Shown here: positions 47,464 through 63,135 of the stretch, one piece after another
How positions within the stretch are numbered: the stretch's first letter is position 1
How the letters are laid out: the number at the start of each line of letters is the position of its first letter
Source of the DNA: the human T2T-CHM13v2.0 reference genome, Homo sapiens
Assembly: GCF_009914755.1 (NCBI RefSeq)
Contig: NC_060925.1
Length of the DNA stretch: 64,000 nt
Reading direction: 5' to 3' (one strand)
Position numbers and translations under genes: made by a program
Notes under the pieces: generated by a model
Told to the model about the DNA's origin: nothing
Database searches by the model: none
What the model saw: only the letters and a program-made list of their open reading frames with translations

Positions 47464-47657
47464 TAGGGTTGCCAGACTGAGCAAATAGAAATACAGGGCA
47501 CTAAATTATATTTTAATTTCAGATCAACAAAAAATAATTTCTCAGTATAATTCTATGTCAAATATTGCTTGGGACATACTTATCCTAAAACCAAAATTCA
47601 TTGTTAATCTGAAATTCACATTTTATTGGGCATGCTGTATTTTTATCTGCAGTCCTA
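47464..47657. mobile_element. MER53 palindromic non-autonomous DNA transposon
   Basis: tagggttgccaga terminus, central 'aatattgcttgggacatacttat', self-complementary arms. Confidence 0.85.
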
Positions 47658-48391
47658 TCATAGACGCATTTCAATGAAAAATGCAAGCCCCCCCCACCCC
47701 AAACATGTGTTTGAAGTTTTCTTTTAGGAACATCATTCCACTGTAAGAGCTTTAAAAAAGAAAAGCCAAGATTATTAGTAAGGATTCTAGGCATCTATAT
47801 GTAGTTTTAACTTTACCTTATTAGATAAGAATTAATTTTTAGCTAGATTATCTGGCCGATGAACTATGATGAATATAAACAATTGAGGATCTCATAGTAC
47901 CTGTTCTTCAGTATTTTATATAAGAAGGAAATGTAAAATAAATTTGACTTTGAATGTCAGTATCTGCATTGCCACCTTCTATTTAACATGGTAACCATGT
48001 TTTACTGATCATGTTTATGATAAACAGTCCATTATCATTTTATGAGTTGAGACCAATGTGGAACCCAGTAAGAAGAAATATTCCTCTAGAAACTACATGC
48101 AGGATGACTTCACATTTAAATAATCTTTTAAAAGTAGATTTAATTTAGTCTGAGAAACAACAGCCCCATGTCTAAACAAATTTTTCCACTCCGGAGTATA
48201 GAAAGGCAAGTATTTATTCTGAGGCCTAAGACAGGTTTAATTGCTATTGAAAACAAAAACGAAGTTATTTAGTGTTTTCATTATAAATCTTGGTTTTTGA
48301 CTTAAAAAGGAGAAACAGAAAAAACAACCCATGGCTCCAAACTGAAACTGCAATTTTACCACTGAATGGAAAGTTTTAGGAACATGCGGTG

Positions 48392-49528
48392 AATTGTTTC
48401 CCCAGGACTGCCATAAACCAAGTACCACAAACTGGATGGCTGAAAATAATAAACCGTGTTGTCTCATGTATTTGGAGGCTAGAAGTCCCAGATGGAGGGA
48501 TCTGCACAGTGGGTTCCTTCTAAGAGCTGTGAGGGAGAATCTGTCGCATGCCTCTCTCCCTCTCTCCTAGTTTCTGGGGGTTGCCAGCAGTCAATGGCAT
48601 TTCTTAGCTTGTGGATCCATCACTCCAATCTCTGCCTCCATCTTCATATCTCCCTGAGTGCATTCTGCCTGAGTGTCTGAGTCTTCACATGGCTGACTTC
48701 TTATAAGGACACAAATCATTTTGGATTAGGGGTCCTTTTGACTCCGGTATGACCTTATCTTAACTAATGACATCTGAAATGACCCTATTTCTTTTTTTTT
48801 CCAACTTTTATTTTAGATTCAGAAAGCATATGTGCAAGTTTGTTACATGGGTAAATTGTGTGTCACTGAAGTTTGGTATACAAATGTGAGCATAGTACTA
48901 AATAGGTAGTTTTTCTTTTTCTTTTTCTTTTTCTTTTGTTTTTGAGACAGTTTCACTCTGTCACCCATGCTGGAGTGTGGTGGCATAATCTTGGCTCACT
49001 GCAACCTCTGTCTCCTGGGTTCAAGTGATTCTGCCTCGGCCTCCCAAGTAGCTAGGATTACAGGTGCACACCACCACACCCTGCTAACTTTTGTATTTTT
49101 AGTAAACACGGGGTTTCACCATCTTGGCCAGGCTGGTCTTGAACTCCTTACCTCAAGTGATCCACCCATCTCGTCCTCCCAAAGTGCTGGTATTATAGGC
49201 ATGAGCCACTGCACCCAGCCAATAGGTAGTTTTTCAACCCTCATCCCCCTCCCACTCTCCCTCTTCTAGTAATCCCTAATTTCTATTATTCCCGTCTTTA
49301 TGATCATGTATACTTAATGTTTACCTCCCACTTATAAGTGAGAACATGCAGTATTTGGTTTTCTGTTCCTGCATTAATTTGCATTAATTGGCCTCTAGCT
49401 GCATCTGTGTTGTTGCAAAGGACACGATTTCAAAGACCCCATTTCTAAAGAAGATCCCATTATGAGGTACTAGGAGTTAGAATTTTGACATATTTTGGGG
49501 AGGGGGACACAATTCAACCCATAACATA
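48392..49528 (-). mobile_element. MLT1B/C LTR containing an L1 3' fragment (~48792-49431) that itself contains an AluS (~48913-49220)
   Basis: MLT1 ends flank the nest; L1 TSD-like gaccctatttc/gaccccatttc; Alu TSD aataggtagtttt. Confidence 0.8.
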
Positions 49529-50809
49529 GAGTATACACATTTCAGCCAAGCAAAGTTTACAAAATGTTGCCTAATTTTTCCTCCTTTTTTGCAATTCTCA
49601 TCTTCAGTTTTCAGACGTCTGAAGTCTCCTCCATGCCGATTTTGATCTATTTCTCCTGAGATGTTTCCCCTTCCACGAAGACCAGAGGATCTAAAGGGGC
49701 TATAGGAATGGCTGATTTTCAATGGGCAGAGAGTTCTGTGCAGTGGCCGCGTGTGCGGTCATGATGGGCACTGTCGGTGGAGAGCTGACATGGTGTGATC
49801 ATCAGGAGGTGCAGCTCTGGGGGCTGCCATCTGCGGTGCCTCCTCATCTTAGCGCCTCCCATCCTTTGCCCTTCTTCTTTCCTTTCTTCTCTCTGGTGCC
49901 GTTCCTGCCTTAGTGTGGCCACCTCCTGTCTGTTCTCCTGGTGTTCCTGCACCTCTGTTGGGCAGTGAGAGGAAGATTAGCTGTTTGAAATCTCTCTGTG
50001 TAGCTCCCCTGCTTCTTCAAAGAAAAACTGTCACATAAAAGTCACAAGTAATTAAGTCTGGAATGTAGACTGCAGCACAGGGCATTGGGCCTAGTGTTGG
50101 AAGGCATGGCTCGTTCGAATGACTGCTAAGAAAGACCTGAAATAGTAATCGTATGAAAAGATAAGTCTCTGTTTTTCTCTCACTTCACGTGAGTTCCATA
50201 ACTATGCAAGCCAAGGCTAGTAGGGTGGTGCCATGAGATCCTGTGAGATGCAGGCCCCTCTTGTCTGTCTGCTCCACCATCGAGGATCCTGGATTCTGAG
50301 ATCTGGTCATCACACCTTCCCTCCAGGCAGGAGAAATGGCTGGGGAACGGGGAAGGATTCTCTCTCCTCTCTGAGTAAGGCTCCCTTCCAGAGCTTCCTG
50401 GGAGCCCTGACCAATGACTTCTGCTCCTGCCTCATCGGATGCCCTCTGTCTAAGGGAGGCTTGGAAAAATACTTCTAGTGGGACAGTTTGCTACCTCTCA
50501 GCAATGCAAGGGTCCTGTTTGAAAATAAAAGGAGGAAAGGAGATGATGGGCAAGCACTGGTGGCCTCTGCCACAGCCTGACCCAGCCTTATGGTGACACC
50601 TGGGACTGGTGCACCACTAATTGTGTCTCCTCCTGTCTGCTGGATGGGCATCAGAGTTAGCACCCGGCCACCTTCTGGGGGTCTTGGGAAAGGGAACAGT
50701 GATGGGAATGCTCAGTGAGTTCTTCAGAAGAAGCCACCCCCTTCAAGGGTCTGTGATCCAAACAACGGCAAGACCCACAGCCTGAGGATGGATCAGACCT
50801 CGAGTCTCA

Positions 50810-51342
50810 CCTGTGCCTGATGCAGATAATATTACATGAGATTTTGGGCTTAGAGTTGATGCCAGACTGGGTTAAGATTTGAAGGCTTTTGAATGAGGTG
50901 AATGTATCTTGCATGAGGAAAAGGACATGAATTTAGGGGGCAGGGGGTGGAGTTTGATAGGCTGAAATGTGTCCCACCTCCCAAATTCACTTGCTGAAGT
51001 CCTAACCCCTAGTATCTCCGAACATGGCTATATTTGAAGACAGGGCCTTTAAAGAGGCAGTTAAATTAAAATGAGGTCATTAGGGTGGGCCCCAATCCAA
51101 TAGGCCTTGTGTCTTAATAAGAAGAGAAAATTTAGGGACAGAGACATCAAGGGAAGACTATATGAAGAGACAGAGAGAAGACGGCCATCTGCAGGCTAAG
51201 GAGAGAGGCCTCAGAAGAGACCAATGCTGCAGACACCTGGATCTCAGCCTTCCAGCCTCCAGCAGTGTGAGAGCATACATTTCTATTGCTTAAACCACTG
51301 TTTATGTGGTTCTTTGTTATGGCAGTCCTAGCAAGCTAATAA
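50810..51342 (+). mobile_element. MaLR internal 3' end with polypurine tract plus MLT1A-type LTR (from ~50956)
   Basis: 'ggacatgaatttagggggcaggggg' precedes 'tgataggctgaaatgtgtccc...ggcagtcctagcaagctaat'. Confidence 0.8.
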
Positions 51343-51870
51343 GGATTTTAGACTGTGTTCAATTCCTAAACTTGCAGGATACTCTTTAGCTGGGCTTATT
51401 CAATGGCACTGAATGAGAAGAATTGTTTTGTTTTTATCTTTCTGTATGTGGCTAGCCTCTTCACTCATGTCTAGACCCTGACACAGAGGCAGAGTGTTGA
51501 AAGCCAGGGACTTCCCTTCTGATCACAGGCACCATGAGCCAATGTGCAGAATTTGCTTCTGAATCTGAATGGCATTGATATACATCTGACTGGGGTGCAC
51601 ACATACCCTCTCCTCCAATTTCAGAGTCGTCAGCCAAGTAAAGGGAGCACTGGCTGCCCAGAAGGGAGAGGCCCCTTTCCAGACCCACTTCATCACAGTT
51701 CCCTCCGACTAAAACTGAACCTCATTACGAAGGAGAAGAACCACTTCTGAGAGCTGTTGGTAAACAAAATTTTAATGTAGTGTCTGGTGACAGCAAGGAA
51801 AGAGAGGAGGAAAAAACTGCTCTTCAGGTCAAATCCTATGAAAATAAGGACAGTTATCAAAAGATACCCA

Positions 51871-52171
51871 GCTGGGCGCGGTGGCTCACGCACAGGCGTG
51901 AAATCCCAGCACTTTGGGAGGCCGAGGCGGGTGGATCACAAGGTCAGGAGTTCAAGACCAGCCCAGCCAACATGGTGAAACCCTGTCTTTACTAAGAATA
52001 CAAAAATTAGCCAGCGTGGTGGTGGTAGCCTGTAATCCCAGCTACTTGGGAGGTTGAGGCAGAGAATTGCTTGAACCCGGGAGGTGGAGATTGCAGTGAG
52101 CCGAGATCACGCCACTGCACTCCAGCCTGGGTGACAGAGCGAGACTCCGACTCAAAAAAAAAAAAAAAAAA
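51871..52171 (+). mobile_element. AluSg-like; donor locus for the insert at 36254
   Basis: 'ggatcacaaggtcaggagttc'; TSD aaaagatacccag at 51859-51871 and 52168-52180. Confidence 0.9.
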
Positions 52172-52599
52172 GATACCCAGGCCTCCTCTGCTGACTCCCT
52201 TGTGGTCAACAATGGGACCACGGTTGACCAAAGACCAGTCTTATTAGCTGGGCATCGACTGCATGAGAGGGAGGCTGAGGCACATACTGGAAAGGATTGA
52301 CCATCCACTTACACCCTGCATGGCCCAGGCCTGTCACCCCTGAGGGGAAGGGACATCCCCCGCTGCCCGAGAGCTCAGCCTACAGCGTGCTGGCCTGCAC
52401 AATGCCTCAACCTGTGCCAGTGCCGTGTGTGTGTCAGGGACCCTGGAGGTGAGGGAGCCCCAGCAGCTGGTGGCTGTCACTCCCCTTTCACCCATGGCTC
52501 CTCGGGTAACAGTATTTGAAACAATGTACAAAAGCTATTTGGCCATGACAACTAAGGTTGCTGGCTGCAAATGTGTGATTGTCTGTTTGAAATGAGAAC

Positions 52600-53350
52600 A
52601 GCGTGGTGGATTGTTTAAGCCCATGAGCTTTGGTGTTAGACTGCTGGGCTTCAAATCCTACCTCAGTGTCCCCAGGATTAAACAGGTGAATTGTGACGTC
52701 TAGGTCAAAGGACTTATCTGAACATTAAACAGCATAATATGTCAAGAAGCATCAAACATATTTTACATGATGGCTGAAACATTATGAACACTCAGTAAAT
52801 GTGAGCTCTTTATGTTTTATATATATGTATGATATATTTCCCTGTTCCTAGATGGGTATAAACAGTGAAGAGTAATGATTAAGAGCACAGCTGGGATTGA
52901 GTCCTAGCTCCACCTTCTATAGCAGTGTGACTCCTCTCTGTGCCTCAGTTTCCTCATCTTGAAGATGTGGACAGTGCTGATATTACCTCACATGGCTGTT
53001 TTGAGGAGCAAATGGACCAAACCATGCACAGCATTTAGGATAGAGCCTGGCACATGGCGAGCCTGGTAAATCATGGTTATTATCATTATCATCATCATCA
53101 TAATTATTACAACAGATTCAGAGGAGAGGTCAAGATGGACAACGAAGGCCTTTTTCTCATTTCTCTGTTCAAACATTACTTGGGTGTATGAGGCATCGTG
53201 ATGACTTACATACATTGTATAATTTAATTGTCACTCAAGTCTGATAGTTGGCTGTTTTATTTATTTTAGAGATGAGAAATGTAAGATTCAGGCATTGGGG
53301 CCATTTCACCATGTCACTAAGTAACAAGGCTGGAAATCAACGGCAGACAG
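52600..53350. mobile_element. Cluster of MIR fragments
   Basis: 'cctctctgtgcctcagtttcctcatct', 'gcctggcacatgg' and reverse 'attttagagatgagaaa'. Confidence 0.65.
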
Positions 53351-54561
53351 CCCTGACCCAGGGCCACCTGAGCCCACTGTGCCTTGCCCTTCCCCTGTCA
53401 TATTGGTCCCCACTGTGACTAAAAGAGGAGCCCCAGGCTCATCATAGCTCTGTGTCCTCATCTGACCACACTTCTTGTCTCTGGCAATAAATATGCCTGA
53501 AGGCAAAAAGACACTGTCCCCTTGGGTCACGATAAAATCATGTGACTCAGCAGCCACATCTGCAGGGTGCATTAGTCATCAGAGGCACATGGCTCCCATG
53601 TCCCCTGTAGAGTCGAGAATAATATATTTTGGTGCTGAAATCTAGGGTCTGTGAGAGCCACAGCTTGCAAAGCAGAGCCCCAGGACTTGACTTCACAGTC
53701 TGGGCACCTCTAGTGGTGAAAGGTGCCATGGAAAGCTGAGCAGTTACAAGGAGGGGAAGACAGATTCCCCGGGTCATTTCAAGTAGGGGTCCAGGAAGAC
53801 CATGTTCAGGCACATGAGGTGGCCCAGTAATCCCGCAATCTTGAACAACTTGGGGATCGAGTATGATATTGCAAAATGGAGTCTGATGGCATTGACTGTA
53901 AATACAGATGAGCTTTCAGAAATACTCAGACATTAACGATGCTTCAGCTACTTCCCAGGTTCTTGGGAGGAATTGAGGATGCAGAGTCTTGTGAGACATG
54001 GTTCCTGTTGCTGAGAAGCTTATGAGTTAGATGAGAGGCTGAAGTCTGTAGGTACAATTTATAACCGACAAAAGGCTAAGCGAGATGTATGCACAGGTCT
54101 CTTTGGCCACGTGGGTGGGGAAGCAAGGCAGACACTTCCACTGAGGTGTGGAAAAAAAGCACAAATGCACGTGGTCACATGGCAGAGATAGAGCAGCTTA
54201 ACCTTAATCTTAATGAAACTTTTATTAGCATTGTGAACAGGTTCAGCTTTTGCTGAAACTGGTAATTTCTAAGCATAAATTTTTTTTCTTTTCTTTTCTT
54301 TTTGAAACCAGTGCAGACTGTCCTTGTATTACTTAGCTAGTCAGAAGTCTGATTACAGACTTGGCTAGACAATTGATTCTGAAGAAATAATTTTAGCCTA
54401 TCTAATACCTTCATACTGATTTTTGATTATTTCTCCAAGCCTCTGGCTACATGTAAATCCATACTGATGACTTGGTACGTTTGCTTATTGAATAGAAACT
54501 TTATCTGATGGCAATGTTCTTTTCGTTCCCTGAAAACGTTAGTTTTCCAGGAAAAAGCTAA

Positions 54562-54917
<356 letters not shown>

Positions 54918-57035
54918 TCTATTTGTTCTCTAATAAAACTAATTTGAGTGATTATACTGGAAACCAAATTGTGTTCTTCCTCCTTGAGCAAAGTCAAGTT
55001 TTCTCATAGTGGCCCAGTTAGCACTTCCTTTCATTTTAATCTACTTTCTACCCATTTGCTGTTTCTTATGTCTTTGTTCTCATCAACTCTTGGGATTGAT
55101 TTTCATAGTTTCGAAGCAGTGGCTCCATGCTCTCCACAAACATGTCAGTGACATGAATGTACTAAACGTGCAGCAAAGACATTTGAGTTTTCTCAAAAGT
55201 CAGAGTTTTGTTCATTTTTTGTCCCAGAGAAACTGAAAAGAGGGATTTGGACATTTACTATGCACAAGAGATGTAGACCTTGATTATTCTGAGATCATAA
55301 TGTTGGAGGGAAACGTACCACATAACGTAATGTTGGAGAAGTAAATGGAATCAGATTCTAACCTGTGCATAACAAGGTGCAAAGCTCAGAAAGGCTTAGA
55401 GAGAAGACATCAAGATAAGCTATGTAGTTCAGGGACACCCCTGGGCATGGAAGGTGAGCGAGGCTGCAAAGCAGAGGCTCTGAACAAGTGAAGACCATCA
55501 TCTACAGAGAAGCCAGAATGAAGATTTCCAGGCCCCATTCCCAGAGAGTCAGAGTCAGGAAGTCAGGCCTGCGGCCTAGGAACCTGCATTTTAACAACTG
55601 CTCTGTGCCCTTCTTATGTAGGTGGTCCATAGACCATATTTTGATAAATACAACCTTACAAGGTAGTTAAAGGGTTTCTGTGGATAAAATAAGGGGCAGC
55701 ATTTTGATGTTAAAAACAAGCACCCAGCTGGAAAGTCATAGACCCCTGGTAGTTGCTAATGGCAGAAAGTGCTCACTGATGGAACCCTCCATGTTACTGA
55801 GCCAGAGCCCTTAGGGGACCTTGGAAAACCAATTTTAGTATGCCATAACTGCGGAATACCTTTCTCCAAGAAGCTGAAATAACCTGTGTCAATCACGGCC
55901 CCGTGAGTCTGGCAGATTGTGTTTGGGGGGAGAATGAAGACAAGTTGCTCTTTCCCCATTTGACAAATGAGGAAATAATGGCAGCACCAGAGGGGCCGTC
56001 CTTGCCGACTGTTAGTGATAGACATGATATCCATGATGGGACTCCAAGGGCACTTTGTGGTGGGAGAGGGGCGCTGCTGTGGGCAGGAGCGTGGTTGAAC
56101 GGGGAGCAACAGGCCATCCAGTGAGGAAGTGGCTGGGAGCTGCTGCCCAGGGCGACATGCGTCGGCCAGCACCCAGAGTGGCCACGGGAGGCTCAGGAAG
56201 TTCTCAGTACCCGGAGCACATGTGCAGCTCGGAGGTGCAGGTTGCCAGGGCAGGGGTGGAACTGGACAGCCCTTAGACCTGCCTGTACTGGCTTTCTGCT
56301 CCTCTGTTTCCAGAAAGGACTTGAAGATGTGCTTCAATAAATGACCCAGAGGTGTACACACGTATGGTGTGTGTTTTATATGTGCGTGAGTTAGAGATGG
56401 CATATCAGGGCCATGAGAAAGAGGAAGAAATAAGATAATCCTGAAACGTAAGATCATTACCCTTAGTGAACCAGTGCAAAAAAGAAAATATGCTGGGTTA
56501 TATAATTTTTGTTATGAAGAAGGCGAAGGAGGAGGAGGGAGGGAGAAAGACAGAGGAGGAGGAGACAAATTTTTAAGAAAATCTACATTTTTATGGCACA
56601 ATGTTTTTTAAGTAGCCTGGCTCTTTATCATAAAGATACTATAGTCTCCTTGTAGAAAATTTTAAGATGGCATGAAAAGATAAACAAGAAAAAGCAGAAA
56701 TTGTCACTGATCCTACTACACAATATTAAACACAGTTCACATTTTATTCTATTTTTAACAACTCCTTTCATTTTTCTTTTTTTATCCTTCTTACTATGGT
56801 AAATTGCAGGCTTACGCAAAAGTAGGGAGCAGAGTAGAGATCTCCCATATATCCAGCACAACTTCAGCAATAGTCAGCGTTCTGCTGTATTTTACTAGCT
56901 TCTCGGCTTCAAACTATACATGAAGATGTACCTGTTGTTTTCTCAGTGTGTGTCCTATTTTGAGTTTACTTTTATTGCTATGTCATTTAAAAGTATCTGT
57001 AAACAAAATCTGTAATGTTGTGCATAATTTCATAG

Positions 57036-57346
<311 letters not shown>

Positions 57347-59186
57347 TGGTACTCAATTTTAAAGAGAAGTTATCATCCAAATGTGATACTGGTAGCCTTT
57401 TGACAATTGCTCTCACTGTGGGTTTACAGCAAATACAGAAGCCAGCTCTGGGAGACCTTTCTCAAAGCATCCTTGTTAAAGTTAAAGAGTAGGACTTTCA
57501 AATGTCACCTGGTGAAAGGGGCTCTGCGCATGCCCTTCAGGTTAGCTCAGCCAGCAGTGTCCCATCCACCCACCTCCCCGTGGGTCTGAGAGTCAGGCTT
57601 CCATATTGCAGCCCTGCACCTGCTTCTCTCTGGGCTTGTGTTTTGGAGCCTGGTGCTTCCCTTAAGTTGTTGCAAATATTCTTTTCTCTTCCTGCGATAG
57701 CTGTTTCTTGCAAGTAATTTTATTAGAGAGTTGAACAAGTCATCCACCTCCATATGCTTATGGGATTACAAAATTGCAGCTTTGTCTTTTAGAAGAGAAA
57801 ATTCACAGAGAAGGCAGGCCTTTGTAGTCACAGCTCTCATATTAAAGAAGCAAGGGCTCAGAGTTCAGCTCTCTCACCTCCCAATGTGCCAGAGTACCTG
57901 GTTCTGGTATCATCTGATAGAGTTAGGGGACAGGGAGCTGCACGTACAACAGTGGCCTTGCTGTTGGATTCTCTTTTTCAGGATTGCAATCATGAAGTAT
58001 CTACTTCATAGTATTTCCTGAGGGCTACTCTATGCTATATATTTTAAGTATTGTTGCTATGTGCTGATAAATTGTACTAATATCCTCATCATCCATGAAA
58101 CATTTTGGCCACTTGCTTGCATAAATTATGGCATCAAGTCTGTCTTGGGACTGAAGCCCTCAACAGCAGTTCAGATATTTGCTTATTAAGTTGCCCATAG
58201 TATTGCAGGTGCTGCTCTGCGCTCAAGATGCAGATACAAGTCTTATAAGTCTACCAAGCAGGACTTCTGGCAAAGTAAGCAATTGTCAGGCCAGGGCGTT
58301 TGGACTCGGTGAGTGGATGCTTTTTGTTTGACATGGAAAATTAGGAGAAGCCTGATGACCTCAAACAGAAAGTGGGAAGGAGCTGTACCTCTGCTTTATG
58401 CAGGTTCAGAGACGACAAGGGATAGCAACTCATAGGTTTCCTTCTAGGCCATACCATCAGGTGTCCGGAAGCTATCCCTGCATCCAGTAAAGTATTTCTG
58501 CAGGTTGCTGGGATGTCCCACGTGCTTGACTCTGGGGAAGTTGATTGAGGTTGCTGGAGGCTAGCAGGTGTTTGCCACTGGAGGAGGCAAGGCTCTGAAG
58601 AAGGAAAAAAAAAGGTAGTAAAGGGAGACAGGACAGAGCAGAGAAACTGGGTTGGCAGTGGCTTGTTGAAGGTATCCAGCACACCGCGCTGTTTTTGGCC
58701 ACTATCAATCTACATTGTTCATGCCACACTGAGGTTGTATGTGGAACCACTGCCTGATTGCATGAACGTGATTCAATTGCATTGATTTCTTATTTTACAA
58801 AGAAGACTTCTTAAAGGCGTATGTAATGACGAGGGTTTTATTGGTTCTCTTCTGCACAGACTTGTGTGTAGAATACATTTGTTTTCCAAAGAACCTGGTT
58901 GTTACCTAAAGCCACCCCATATTACAAGGCACTAAAACAGATGATGACTATAATGACAATAAACAGCTGAAGTCTTCCTAGACAAAACCTGATGCTGGGA
59001 CTGCGGCTGCAATCCAGGATCCCTGTGGGGAAGAAAGTGTACCCTTGTGTGGGTTTATGAATAATTTTCTACCAGAGAGCTCTGCTCCTGATGTCTTGCC
59101 ACTGCATCATTCATGGTGTTTATAGGATGTCACCTCTGATCTCATCCAGAAAGTAAGGGAAAATAGTTGTTAAGGATTAAATGAAG

Positions 59187-59533
<347 letters not shown>

Positions 59534-59871
59534 AGAATTAAATGAAATGAACAGTGTGATTCAGGGCCAGGCCAGTCCACAGAACGTGGTCTAAGAAGAC
59601 TTGAATTTCAATTCTTACTTACACTGCTCCTTTCTGTGCTTCAGGAAGGTACCTGGCCTCTCAGCACCAGTTTTCTCATCTGTAAAATGGGAGAGCTGGT
59701 TCCATCTGGACATTCAAGTCTCTCTTCACGTTAGGGGATTTTTAACTCTGCCAAAATGATTAGAAAAGCAATTTGAGTTTAAGGCCCACAGGAATAATAA
59801 AAGCAGGCATATGGTGAATTATTCGGGCCGAACAGTACCCAAGCCTTTCAGACAGCATGATATGAAGAGAA

Positions 59872-59886
59872 AGGACATTTTGTCCT
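59872..59886. promoter_or_regulatory. Candidate steroid-receptor IR3 element AGGACA-ttt-TGTCCT
   Basis: Perfect palindrome matching RGNACAnnnTGTNCY; motif match only, no functional data. Confidence 0.3.
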
Positions 59887-61454
59887 TATATTTGGCAGCC
59901 TAACTTTGTTCGCTCGCTTCTACGAATGACAGCAGTAGGCTCATTCATCTTGCAGAGACCTTACCCAGGTGGACAGATGTTAAATAGCGTGTGCTCTGTG
60001 GATAGATATATTGCCTCGTCATTGGATAGGTTAGGTCAAAGCAATAAAATAGGTGGGAACTGCTTAGGCTCCATGCACTGTTTTAAAAAAAACTTTCAGC
60101 AACGGATAGCTGCTCTTCATTCAGACTTTCACTTCTTGCTCCTGGGGTTAATGCACTGGGGCCACCTGCTTCTGTAGGTGAGTGGTTATGGGTTCTGAAC
60201 AGGCTGCACCGGTCTGATGCAGAAGGGTGATATGTAGCCACAGGCATATGAAAATTAAAGAAACTCCATGGGAACTCCATCTGGTTCCGTCGTTTGATAG
60301 GTGAGGGAGCCCGTGGTCGTGATGGCATAAGTCTTGTCACCATCAACTTCAGGTGACCTGGTGAGGCTGAGGTGGGTTTGGGCAACCTGAAAGCAGACAG
60401 GGCTGTCACCCCTGCACCTGATCTCCACCAGTTGTGCCCCTCTAAGATATAGCCAGGCTTCCTGGCAGGAGGTAGAGAGGACTGGTATGTTTGAGTTCCC
60501 ACTATGCGTGTTGTGTGCCAGCTCTGCCTTTGCAACCATTTCTTTTAATCTTTACCACACACACAGCCTTGTGAAGAACATAGAATATGCCCTTGAAGGA
60601 TGAGGAGGACTTTGGTGTTGGGAAGAATGAGAAGAAATTACAGATTCTCAATTCAGCAGATACTTATTTTGCATCTACTATATACCAGACCCTGTGTTAG
60701 GTCCTAGAGATTCAAGAGCAAGCAGCCTGGCTCTCAAAAGCCTCACAATACAGTGTTGATGATGATGATGCCAACGACAATGATGGCCCATAAAAAGCCC
60801 AGGACTTAAAAGGCAGAATGAATTAGTGCCCACCTGGGACTTGGCCTTGGTCTCTTCTCCGCATCATGCTACTCCCACTGCAAGGCCTGTGTCTCCCCAG
60901 CCCACATCCCTTGCAGGGACTTTCTGACTCCCCCGTGTTGAGCATGCTCAGGGTTATTGCTTTCTAGAAGCCTAAACTGCCAGAATTGGCTCTTCTTCTG
61001 GCCCTCGTGGGAGAAGGCAAGGTGCGTGACTAAAGACTGAGGGCACATCTCGGTCTTTAGTGGATTCTCAGCTTGAAATAAGCTGAGAATTTCCAAACGG
61101 AATGATGTTATATTTTCATCTTTGTACCTATGTGAAACTGAATTTTTAAAAGAATGATGATGATTTTGTTAATACACTGAAACAAGTGAGAAATTTGAGC
61201 TCCCTTCACATCGTACTGTCAATTGTGATAATTGATAGTAATCATTACTATTATCAAATAATAATAGGCAACATTCATTGGGCATTTGGTGACAAGCATT
61301 GTCTTAGCATGTTTAATGCATTAACAAATCTAATCCTCATGACAAATCTACTAGGTAATATTATTTCCCTCATTTTGAAAGTGAAGAAACTAAAGCATAG
61401 ATAAATTAGTTCATTTTTGTCCTCCTAACTCACACACATGGGAAGTGTCTGAGT

Positions 61455-63135
<1,681 letters not shown>

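Noticed and set aside
55756-56457. 233-aa minus-strand ORF
   Set aside because: No recognisable domain, composition typical of chance ORFs in GC-richer DNA, and no supporting gene structure.
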